Positions 48,849-58,500 of a stretch of 64,000 bases of DNA are shown here, one piece after another. The stretch is from Akkermansiaceae bacterium. Lineage in GTDB: Bacteria; Verrucomicrobiota; Verrucomicrobiia; Verrucomicrobiales; Akkermansiaceae. The stretch is from contig JBBECN010000235.1 in the NCBI GenBank assembly GCA_040881795.1, forward strand, positions 817-64,816. Reading direction: 5' to 3'. The stretch's first letter is position 1, and the number at the start of each line of letters is the position of its first letter. A model generated the notes under the pieces. It did not search any database. It had not been told where the DNA came from and saw only the letters and a list, made by a program, of their open reading frames with translations. The translations under genes and the position numbers were made by a program.

Positions 48849-50438
48849 TTAACGGAGCGGCCACGGAAGAACTTGCGCACGTTCCGCCCATGCTTCGTAA
48901 GTGGCACTCATCGCGCGAGTGCGTTCCGGTTGTTCGGCGGCGAGGTTTTTGGTTTCGGTGCGATCTTCGGCGAGGTGATAGAGTTCCCATGGCTGCTTGT
49001 GGAGCGCGACGAGTTTCCAGCCGTCCTGGATCACCGCACGGTTCCCCTCGTGCTCGAAAAACAGGGGGCGAGCGGGCAGCGGCTTGCTGTCGAAGACAGG
49101 CAGCAGCGAGACACCCTCGGCGGGTTTTACCGCCTGGCCTTCGCGTTCGGCGGGATATTTCGCACCGGCAAGTTCGGCGAAGGTCGGCATGAGGTCGATG
49201 ATGTGGCTGGAGCAGTGGCGCAGCCCGCCGCCAGCCTCGATGCCACGCGGCCAGTGGACCACCAATGGTGTGGCGATTCCACCTTCGTAGCAGGACGATT
49301 TGTAGCGCCGCAAGGGTGTGTTGCTGGCGTGTGCCCACTCGCGGCCGAACCCAGCGTAAGTGTCCGGCGGGCCAGGCATCACATCCGGGCGGGTGCCGCC
49401 GCGGGCGAACTTGCCGTGGCGCGTGCGGGTGCCCTTGGCGACCTCGGCGCAAGCACCGTTGTCGGATAGAAAGACGATCAGCGTGTTGTCGAGGGCCTTG
49501 GTTTCGCGCAGCGCGTCGACGATGCGGCCGATGCCTTCATCCATCACCGTCAACATCGCAGCATGCACGGCCATGCGCCGGGACTCCCACTCTTGATGCT
49601 CCGCATCCTTCCATGCAGGGATATTCTCAGGCCGCTGCGACAGGAGTGTGGTTTTCGGATCGATCATTCCCAATTCACTCATCTTGCGGTAGCGGTTTTC
49701 CCGCATTTGGTCCCAGCCGCTTTGATAAGTATCCTTGTAGGAAGCGATATCGCTCTCCCGGGCGTGCAGCGGCCAGTGAGGTGCGGTGTAGGCGACGTAG
49801 AGGAAAAACGGACGTTCAGGGACAGCCGTGCGGATGTAAGTGGCGGCCTCGTCGCTGATGGCATCGGTGTAGTAAAAGTCATTACCGGGCACCTCAATGA
49901 ATTCGTTGTCGCGCATCAACGAAACCGGGGTGTAAAAACTTCCGCCACCGGCCAGGGTCCCGAAAAAGCGGTCGAAACCGCGCTGCAGCGGCCAGCTCTC
50001 GCGGTGGAGCGTGGGTTCCGGGTTTGAATAGTGATAGGGAGTGACGTGCCATTTGCCGCTCATGAAGGTCTGGTAACCGGACGAACGCAGCACCTCTGCT
50101 AGAGTGACAGAGTGTTTGCTGAGGCGACCGCGATAACCGGCTTTTCCGTGATCATCGACCATATGGCCGACACCTGCCTGATGCGGGTAAAGCCCGGTGA
50201 GCAGGCTGGCGCGGGTGGGGCAGCAGCGCGCCGCGTTGTAGAACCCTGTGAAGCGGAGCCCTTTCGCAGCAAGACTATCAAGCACGGGCGTGCGGATCTC
50301 TCCGCCGTAACATCCGATGTCGGAGAAGCCCATGTCATCCGCCATGACCAGCACGATGTTAGGCCGCGGGGCGGCTGTGGCGATGGTGAGCAGTGATGCA
50401 ATCAGGGAGATTGCCACGAGGGTTTTGCGCAGGGTCAT
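48849..50438 (-). CDS. Arylsulfatase (S1)
   Basis: RPNIVLVMADDMG, CCPTRASLLTG, SGKWH, YTAPHWPLHA and LSDNG; ATGA overlap with the upstream stop. Confidence 0.95.
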   Translation of the reverse strand: MTLRKTLVAISLIASLLTIATAAPRPNIVLVMADDMGFSDIGCYGGEIRTPVLDSLAAKGLRFTGFYNAARCCPTRASLLTGLYPHQAGVGHMVDDHGKAGYRGRLSKHSVTLAEVLRSSGYQTFMSGKWHVTPYHYSNPEPTLHRESWPLQRGFDRFFGTLAGGGSFYTPVSLMRDNEFIEVPGNDFYYTDAISDEAATYIRTAVPERPFFLYVAYTAPHWPLHARESDIASYKDTYQSGWDQMRENRYRKMSELGMIDPKTTLLSQRPENIPAWKDAEHQEWESRRMAVHAAMLTVMDEGIGRIVDALRETKALDNTLIVFLSDNGACAEVAKGTRTRHGKFARGGTRPDVMPGPPDTYAGFGREWAHASNTPLRRYKSSCYEGGIATPLVVHWPRGIEAGGGLRHCSSHIIDLMPTFAELAGAKYPAEREGQAVKPAEGVSLLPVFDSKPLPARPLFFEHEGNRAVIQDGWKLVALHKQPWELYHLAEDRTETKNLAAEQPERTRAMSATYEAWAERAQVLPWPLR

Positions 50439-53400
50439 GTCTGGATTACTTTTAATCGACCGAAGATCTTCCCTTGTCCGTTAGGCAAGGTATGGGAGAT
50501 GGTGGCTTCTGTATTGCCGGGGGAGTGGGTGACCGCAGGTGTCCATGAGCCGGGAGCCAAGGTCTGGGAAGTCTCGATGACCCATGAGACGTCAGCGTTA
50601 TCGATGGCGTCCTGGCGTTTGGTGAAGGTGAGGAGGTTTCCGGTGAAGGTCCCGGGGGAGCCGTCGGAGGCGGCGGGGTCGTGCCCGGCGATGGCGTATT
50701 CGAGGCCGTTGGCGAGGCCGTCGTCGTCGGAGTCGGTTTCGAAGGATGCCCCCGCGATGCCGCGTGCGGTGGCCCAGTCGGAGAAGCCGGATGTGGCGAC
50801 CAAGGCCAGTGCGGTGCCGGAGTCAAAATCCGGATCCACCCGCCAGCCAGCGGGGATTCCGGTGGTGTTTGAGAAATCTCCGCTGCGGCTGGCGTAGCGG
50901 GCGAGGACCAGCGGGCTGGATGCGGGAGTGCCGGTGATTTCCAGCGTGGCGCCGCTTTGCAGGGTGAGCGCGCCGGTGATGTTCAGCGGCGTTTGCCCGG
51001 CAGTGAGCGCCAGGCCGCCCGATAGGGTGGCGGTGGGTAGCGTGCCGGTTCCGCTGAGCCGGCCGTTGCTTCCCACCGTGACGTTCGAGGCGGTGAGGGA
51101 ACCGTCGATTTGCAGCGTGCCGCCGTTGACTTGGGTAAGGCCGGAGTAGTCACCACCGGCGGCGAGGATCAAGGTGCCGGGCCCGGCTTGGGTGACGGCG
51201 AGGTTTTGTGCGGCGAAAGCGCCGCCACGGCGGACTTGCCCATTGAGGAGGATGTTGCCAGCGCCGGCGAACTGGAGGGAGCGGCTCCCGAGGTCGCTGG
51301 CCACGCTGGAGGTGATATCGCCAGTGATCGTCAGCAAACCGGAATCGCTGAGGATCGCGTAGCTTCCCCCGGCTGCAGTGATGGTGAACGGGCCGTTCCA
51401 AGTGTTGTCGCCGGTGAGGTTGCGGAGTGCGTAGCCGGTGCTGGTGGCGGCCGAGCGGCCGGCGGTTTCGAGCGCGGCGCTGAAGCTGTGGCCGCCGGCA
51501 AGTTCGAGGCCCGATGTGCCGCCTTGGCCTGAACTCAGGGCGACCGTGGTGTGTTTCCCGAGTGCCTGCGGGTGGCCAAGGCGGAGGAAACCGACGTTCG
51601 CAGTCCCGGAGCCGAGGGTGAAGGTGCCGGCGTTTGGGCCGAAGTCGTTGGCGGCGGCGAGGGTGAGTGTGCCGCTGCCGGACTTGGTGATCGTGCCGGG
51701 ACCTGTCACAGGAAACGCCAAGGTGCGGTCGCTGGTGACGGCGAGGGCAAGCCCGACATTCAGGGCTAGCCCACCCAGGTTTAGAGTGGTGGTGGGGGAA
51801 ATTTGAAGGGTGCCGACGTTGAGGGTGACGAGGTCTGCGGTGACCGAGGCGGCGGCCCCTATAGAGAGCGCGCCGGTGCCGGTCTTGATGATTTGGCTGA
51901 GGTTGGCGGAGCCGTTGATGCGTGAGGTCGTGTTCGGGCTGATGTTCAGGGTCAGCGGAAACGCTCCGGTGAGCGGGCCCTCGAAGGTGAATGAGCCGCT
52001 GTTCTGGGTGGCCACCGTGGCAGCAGCGGTAAGGCGGACTTGCCCGCTGAAGGTGACGGTGCGGGCGCTGGAAGTGTCCATGTTTAAGACGCCGAGGCTG
52101 CCACCGCTGATGCCGTTGCCCGCGATTCGGAAGACGTTCGGAAAGGTGGGCGAGGAGGCTAAATTAAACCAGCGGGCCTGAGTTCCCGCCTCGAAGTCGG
52201 CGGTGGTGGCCGGGCCACCCAGTTCGTGGCCGGTGACCGCGCCGCTTGAGCTGTTGTAAGGGCGCAACTGGGCTCCCCCGCGGGTGACCAGGGTGCCGGT
52301 GAAATTTCGATTGTCACCGCGGAGCTGGAGTTGATTGGAGTTGGCGTTGGCAACGATGTTGACCGTGGAGTTCCCGGCCAGCGAGGTGGTGAGCACGACA
52401 CTGCTCGTGTTGAGCGAAATTTCCGCTCCCGGCTCAAAAGCGAGCGAGCCGCTGCCACCGAGCGTGTAGCCGGTGGACTCGAAGAACATTCCTTTGACGC
52501 CGGTGACGGGGGCGCTGACATCCACGGCGCCGCCGGTGCCGGTGAAGGCGGCCGTCCTGCCGGATGTCCATGCGAGATTTTCTTCGCCAGTGGTCCACGA
52601 AATCGTGTCGTTGTCCCAGATGCCCGGGCCACCGGCTGAGCCGTCCGGTGCCCACAGGAATTCCGGGTCGAGCGAGGTGATGAAAGCGAGGTCGTCGATG
52701 CTGGTGAAGGCGCCATTTTCCGAGGTCAGGGAGATGCGGGTGATCCAGTAGCCGGGCGGTGCGGCGATGCCGGCGAAGGTGTCCGCAGTGCCCTTACCCG
52801 TGGTGGTATCGATCTGGCGGCGGACACTGGTGGAGCCGTTTTGGGTGCCGTTGGTATACCAAGCGGTGAAGCGGAAGAAGTTGCTGCCCCCCACGCCATT
52901 GCGGCCGAGTGCGGTGAGCCCTGCCGCAATGACCTTTTCCTGCCGGATGAGCCCGCGCGGGTTGGCGATCTCGAGGTCGAAATTCGCGTTGCCACTGCGG
53001 CCGAGTGAAGTCTCACCGGAGATGGTCGTCCGGTCCGTGCGCGGTCCGCTGAGCGAGTAAGTGCCGCCGTTGGCCGGGTGGTTGGTGAAATCGAGCGATT
53101 TCCGCCCGTCGTCGAACATGGCATTGAAGCCGGAGCCGCCGTTGATCAGGCCGTCGGTGAGGGCGCCGCGCTCGAAGTCGACCACGCCGCCGAAGCCATT
53201 GGCGGCCGCAGCCGCGAGGCGGGTCTTGAACTGGCTGAGTGGGATGACTTGGGCGGCCCCGAGCGTCTGGCCGATGCCGGTGGTCCAGGTGCTGCTGTTG
53301 GAGTAGCTCATCTCTTGGTTGACGGCGTTGGCCTGCAGCAATTGTTCGTCATAGAGGCCGGCGAGCCGGAGCGGCGGTGCGTCGATGTGGCCGATCGGGG

Positions 53401-54760
53401 ACTGGTGGTCGCGGTAGGCGACGCCTGCCGCGGTGAGCGCGCCATTGACGATCATTTCACGGTTGCCATTGAGCCAGTTGTAAATGGCGTAGCGCTCGAC
53501 GAAAGGGGCCTCGTCCATTTTCTCAGTGAACGATTTGATGATGGTTGCTTGCTGCTCGTAGGACGAAGGGGCGCAGCAGGTCCAGTTCGCGCCGTTGTTC
53601 CACTCGGTCACCCAGAGCGGCTTGCCGGTGCGGACGTGGATGGCTCGCAGCCAGTCGTAGAGCTGGGTGGCGGTTTGGCCGCCGCGGTAGAAATGGACTG
53701 CCACGAAGTCGACGCGGTAGTTGAGCGCCTCCGCCTCGTCGAGGAACTGATAGAGCCAGGTCAGGCCGCCATCAGTGGGCGCGGGCGAGCCGAGGCGCAG
53801 GCCGGAGCGCATCAGATTCGGCCATTCGTTGATGGCTTGGGCGACGGTCATGTTTGCCTGGTCCGGCGAGTCTGGTTCGTTGAAGCCGAGGAGGTGGGTG
53901 ACGTTTTCCTTGGCGTTGGTGATATTGTAATCCGGCCACCAGCGAGTCTGACGGATTGGGGAGTATTCGCGGTTGAAGATTGAGTTTTCGTTGTTGTTCC
54001 AATTGTAAAACCACATGGCATTCACCATGCCCGGATTGCCGGAGTCGTTGTTGCCGGCCCAGCCTTTTTTGGCCACCCAGCGCCATGGGAAAACGCGGAC
54101 GAAGCGGATGCCGGTGCCGAGCTCGGCGGGCATCTCGGTGATGTCGAGATCGTCATCCTGGGCGATGAAGACGCGGCTGCCGCCGGTGCCGTTTTCATTG
54201 CGGGCCATGGTAGCCATGTAGCCGCGCTTGAGGCGGAAGGAATGGATGCTTCCGGCGAGCACGCCGAGGTTGGAATTGTTGTGGTAGGTATGAAGCGGGA
54301 GATTGGCAGAGCTGCCGCCGAAGCGCCGTTGGGTGAAAATCGTGAGCGGCGTGAAGCCGGGTCCGTGAGGGATGACCACGCTGCCGTTGGCGTGTTGCAC
54401 CACCCGGACATTGGTCGCGGTGGCGGCGGTCGTACCGTTGACGCGGATGCGACCAAGAAAACTGCCGCTCACCGTGAAGGGCTGGATGCTGGTGAAGAAC
54501 AGCCACGAATCGGGCGAATTCAGATGGATGATCGAACCGGGAATGGGATCTCCGCTGCCGGTGACGTGGAGTTCCGAGCGCCCGCTCATCGTCACGACCG
54601 TATCGGAAATGGTCGCGATGGTAACCTTGCGGTCATGGATGGAGAGAGTGTTGGCCGCAGCGGAAGCCGCGAACATCAAACATGCTGCCATGCAAAGAGC
54701 GAGAATCCGACTTGGTTTGGGTTTGAGCACGGCGAAAGTGTCAGTGTGTGCGCGGGTCAT
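50435..54760 (-). CDS. GH128-like beta-1,3-glucanase with autotransporter-associated beta-strand repeats and C-terminal FxRL domain
   Basis: WFYNW, HLLGFNEPD, VDFVAVHFY and LWVTEWNNGANW; KxGxGTLTL repeats; DSDDDGLANGLEYA...KIFGRLKVIQT. Confidence 0.85.
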   Translation of the reverse strand: MTRAHTDTFAVLKPKPSRILALCMAACLMFAASAAANTLSIHDRKVTIATISDTVVTMSGRSELHVTGSGDPIPGSIIHLNSPDSWLFFTSIQPFTVSGSFLGRIRVNGTTAATATNVRVVQHANGSVVIPHGPGFTPLTIFTQRRFGGSSANLPLHTYHNNSNLGVLAGSIHSFRLKRGYMATMARNENGTGGSRVFIAQDDDLDITEMPAELGTGIRFVRVFPWRWVAKKGWAGNNDSGNPGMVNAMWFYNWNNNENSIFNREYSPIRQTRWWPDYNITNAKENVTHLLGFNEPDSPDQANMTVAQAINEWPNLMRSGLRLGSPAPTDGGLTWLYQFLDEAEALNYRVDFVAVHFYRGGQTATQLYDWLRAIHVRTGKPLWVTEWNNGANWTCCAPSSYEQQATIIKSFTEKMDEAPFVERYAIYNWLNGNREMIVNGALTAAGVAYRDHQSPIGHIDAPPLRLAGLYDEQLLQANAVNQEMSYSNSSTWTTGIGQTLGAAQVIPLSQFKTRLAAAAANGFGGVVDFERGALTDGLINGGSGFNAMFDDGRKSLDFTNHPANGGTYSLSGPRTDRTTISGETSLGRSGNANFDLEIANPRGLIRQEKVIAAGLTALGRNGVGGSNFFRFTAWYTNGTQNGSTSVRRQIDTTTGKGTADTFAGIAAPPGYWITRISLTSENGAFTSIDDLAFITSLDPEFLWAPDGSAGGPGIWDNDTISWTTGEENLAWTSGRTAAFTGTGGAVDVSAPVTGVKGMFFESTGYTLGGSGSLAFEPGAEISLNTSSVVLTTSLAGNSTVNIVANANSNQLQLRGDNRNFTGTLVTRGGAQLRPYNSSSGAVTGHELGGPATTADFEAGTQARWFNLASSPTFPNVFRIAGNGISGGSLGVLNMDTSSARTVTFSGQVRLTAAATVATQNSGSFTFEGPLTGAFPLTLNISPNTTSRINGSANLSQIIKTGTGALSIGAAASVTADLVTLNVGTLQISPTTTLNLGGLALNVGLALAVTSDRTLAFPVTGPGTITKSGSGTLTLAAANDFGPNAGTFTLGSGTANVGFLRLGHPQALGKHTTVALSSGQGGTSGLELAGGHSFSAALETAGRSAATSTGYALRNLTGDNTWNGPFTITAAGGSYAILSDSGLLTITGDITSSVASDLGSRSLQFAGAGNILLNGQVRRGGAFAAQNLAVTQAGPGTLILAAGGDYSGLTQVNGGTLQIDGSLTASNVTVGSNGRLSGTGTLPTATLSGGLALTAGQTPLNITGALTLQSGATLEITGTPASSPLVLARYASRSGDFSNTTGIPAGWRVDPDFDSGTALALVATSGFSDWATARGIAGASFETDSDDDGLANGLEYAIAGHDPAASDGSPGTFTGNLLTFTKRQDAIDNADVSWVIETSQTLAPGSWTPAVTHSPGNTEATISHTLPNGQGKIFGRLKVIQT

Positions 54761-54827
54761 TTTAAAAATATGTTAGACGATATTGCGGGTTTGGCTTAAT
54801 TCAACCACCCCGAACGGGTGGAATTAT

Positions 54828-55020
54828 TTAGTTCAATGGTCGTGGGTTTGACCCGCCGGGAATCGGCCATGGCAGAACTTGCGCGCGTTTCGCCCAAGCT
54901 TCGTAGGCGATGCTGAGTTCCATGACATGTTCCGGATGCTCGGCGGCGAGGTTCGTGGTTTCTGCGCGGTCTTTGGCGAACTGATAGAGTCCCATGGCCG
55001 AGGGTTTTGCGCAGAATCAT
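54828..55020 (-). pseudogene. Collapsed sulfatase remnant (first ~7 codons fused to the last ~50 codons)
   Basis: ATGATTCTGCGCAAAACCCTC (MILRKTL; intact gene MTLRKTL) is joined to PW-LYQFAKDRAETTNLAAEHPE...YEAWAKRAQVLPWP, matching the ends of 48849-50438. Confidence 0.88.
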
Positions 55021-55500
55021 GGCTGCACCACTTTCAAGCGGCCAAAGATCTTTCCTTGTCCGGTGGGCAGGGGGTGGGAGATGGTGGGATTGGCGTCGCC
55101 GGGGTTTTGGGTCACAGCGGGCGTCCATGAGTCGGGAGCCAAGGTCTGGGAAGTCTCGATGACCCATGAGACGTCACCGTTGTCGATGGCGTCCGGGCGT
55201 TTGGTGAAGCTCAGGAGGTTTCCGGTGAAGGTGCCGGCGGAGCCATCCGAGCCATTGAAGTTGAGGGCGAGGGCGTATTCGACCAGGTTGAGGATGCCGT
55301 CGTTGTCGGAATCTCCGGTGGTGCCGCCGGCGACGCCGCTGTCGGATGCCCACGAGGCGAAGTTATTGCTTACAGCGGTCGGGACCAAGGCGATGGCGGT
55401 GCCTGAGTTATGGGTATAGTTGACTTGGTAGCCATCCGGCAAATTGTTGACGGCGGCAAAGTTTCCGGGAGCGAGCGAGCCGTAAGTGGCGATGACGTAG
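55017..55500 (-). repeat. Near-identical 3' DNA block shared with 62152-62635 and partly with 50435-50720
   Basis: The string gggagccaaggtctgggaagtctcgatgacccatgagac occurs at about 50552, 55133 and 62269. Confidence 0.9.
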
Positions 55501-58500
55501 GCGGCCGCGCCCGGCGTGCCGGTGACGAGGAGGTTGAGCGTCGCGCCGGAAACGTCGAGTTGCCCGGCGACAGCCAGCAGGTCGGTTCCCGGGGCGACGC
55601 CACCGATGGTATTCGCGCTGGTAAGGGCAGCGGTGATACCCGGACTGGTGAGTCCGTTTTCGAGGGCGATGTTGAGGGTTGTATCATTGGCAACGCCACT
55701 CAGGCGGGTGAGGGTGATGGCGTTGTTGATGCCGCCGACGCTGAACAGCGCGCTGATGGCTGCATCCGCAGCGAGCGCTGCACGCACCTTGAAAGCCCAA
55801 GCGTCGGGAGATTCACCATTAAGGATCGGAACATCGAGGATTACTGGTGCCCCAAGGTCCGCGCTGGTGACAGTGACGGTGACATCGCCATCGACGATGG
55901 GGGTTCCCGTTGCGGTGGCGGTTTCCACCTGGGCGGTGCCGAGGACGTCGATTTCCGCGCTGAAGGTGGAACCGATCCCAAACGTGAGGTTGCCATCGGA
56001 TGTTAGAGTCCCCGCAGAGAGTCCCGGGGCGATGGTGCCGGTGGTGGTGGCGTTGCCGACGAGGGTTCCGTTTCCACGCAGCGTCTGGGTGGCGGTGAAG
56101 GCGTATCCGGGAGCGGCGTGGGAAGACACATCGAGAATTGCGGAAGCGCCGATGGTGACGATTGAGGACTGGCTGATCGACCCGGTGAGCAGGGTCGTTC
56201 CGTTATTGAAGGTGGTGTTGCCGGAGTAGTCGCTGGTCCCGGCAAGTGTGAGGGTTCCGGAACCGTCCTTGCTGACAGCCAAATTTCTTGCAGTCGATTC
56301 AAATCCCCCACGGAGCAGGTTACCGCTCACGGTGATGTTTCCGGCACCGACGAAGCTGACCAGGCGTGGCCCGTTGTTGCTGGTGTCAGAGGAGGTGATG
56401 GTGCCACCCAGGCTGAGGGTTCCGGAGTCGCTGACAAAACCATAACCTCCGCCGCTCGAGGTGATGGTGACATTTCCATTCCAAGCGTTGTTGCCTGAGA
56501 TGCTGCGCAGGATGTAGCCAGTGGTGGTCGCGTTCTGGCGGCCCGCACTGTTGAGGTTCTTATCGAGCGTCACACCGCCATCGAGTTGCAGGCCTGAGAC
56601 ACCGCCTTGGCTTCCGGCAAGGGTGACTGAACTGTGGTTGCCGAGCGCGGTGTTGGTTGCGAGTCGGATGTAGCCGCGGTTTTCCGTGCCGGAGCCGAAG
56701 TTCATCGTGCCGGAGCCGAAAGTATTGTCGCCGGAGAGGATCAAGGTGTGGTCGCCCTGTTTGTTCAGTGTCCCGGGCCCGGAAACCAGCGAGTGAATCT
56801 GGGTGAGACGGTTGCTGCCGGTCGCGTTGGTGACCGTCAGTGGGTTGGTAAGGACGAGTGTGCCTTGCAACCGGGCAAGATCCGGGCTGAGACTTGTGCT
56901 GAAATGGCTGAGAGTTCCGCCCTCGCTGGTCAGGTTGAGCGTGACCGGGGACTGGTTCTTCAGGGCGAGGGTGCCACCGGTTTGAATGCGGAGCGAATTT
57001 CCGGGAAAAGTGAAGCTGCCGCTGGTGGAGGGAGTCCGAATGGTGAACCCGCTGGTGATCTGATAGTCGTTTCCGGAAGCGGGTGCGGCAAGGTTGCTCC
57101 AGTCCGCGGCGCTGTCCCAGCTTTCATTGATGTCGTTGGTGCCAATGCTGCTGATGATCCCGCCACTGACGGCAGCGACCGAGGTGTTTGAAAAGGTGGC
57201 GACGCCGGTGTTGCCCGAGTCGTGCGCGCAGATGGCGGGGCCGGCGAGTGGTGAAGTCGGCAGAGTGATGGATTGGGAAGCGCCAACCGGGACCCAGGTG
57301 CTTCCATCGGTGGAATACGAGGCGGCGATCTGGTTGCCGACGCGGCTCAGGCGGAGCTTGGGCGGCCAGGGGACGGACGCGGCATCCCAGACATAGTTGG
57401 AGGTGGCGCCGGTGGTGTTTCTCCAGATGAATTCGACTTTTCCCTGGGTGAGCCAGTGGACCATCGCGTGGGCGGAATTGGCGGCAGTCGAGGCGCGGAT
57501 CATGATGCCGGCCTTGGCGACGCTGCTGTCGGCCTCGAAGCTGTCGAGGTTGGTTGTTAGAGTAAAATCCCCGGCGACCGGCTGGCGGACGAAGTGGAAG
57601 GAGTCGGTGGTGTCGGCGAGGGTGGCACCCGAGCCGCGCACGACAATTTTCGATCCGCGTGCGAACGACTCGCCGCTATGGCCGGTGGTTCCGATGTCGG
57701 AAGCGGCCCATGGCGAGGGGAGAGCCGTAGCCAGGGTGAAGTCGTCGAGATCCGCTGCGGCAATGTTGCTGCCGGCGGGGATGGCGACATAGAGGGTGGC
57801 GGAGGTGGCGGAAGCGCCGGTGGTGAAGGTGTGGGACCCTTTTTGCCAGGTGTTTCCCGTGCCGGTGAAGGTGGTGAAGGCGTCCGCGGCACCATGATTT
57901 TTCACTCCGAACCGGATGGGTTGGTTGTTGGTGCGGACCCAGGCGGAGAGTGTGTAGGCGGTGTTCGGCTGGAGTCCGTAAACCGTTTGTTCCGCCGAGC
58001 GGGCGGAGGTGGAGGTATTGAGGCGCATGGCATGACTGCCGGAGCGGCGGAAGGTGTCCCAGTCGTGGACGAAGACGGTGCCGGTGAGGGTCCACGGCCA
58101 CGACTCGCCGAGTTCGAAGCCCGAGTTGTTGACCTGGGCATCGCGACGGACTTCGAGATCGTCGGCAAAGCAGTCGCCCCATTGAGTTGGGACTCGGGCA
58201 TAGACGCGGGCGGAATTGTTGGAGGGACCGGTGGTGAATGGGACCTGAGCCTCGGTGAATCCAACGCTCGATATGGATTTCCAGGTTTCGGGTCCGCCAT
58301 GGTTCTTGGCACCGATGCGGATGTCCGGCCAGGCGCGCGAGCCGACGGCTCCCCAGCCGATCAGGCGGTATTCCGTGTTTGGCAGCAGGCCGTGGACGCT
58401 TTGTTCGAAAGCGGAGGCAGTGGTGGTGGTGGGATTGAGGCGCACCCCCGGTCCTGCGTTGCGGCCGCCGGTGGCTGCCCAACTCGCGGAGCCGGAGGCC

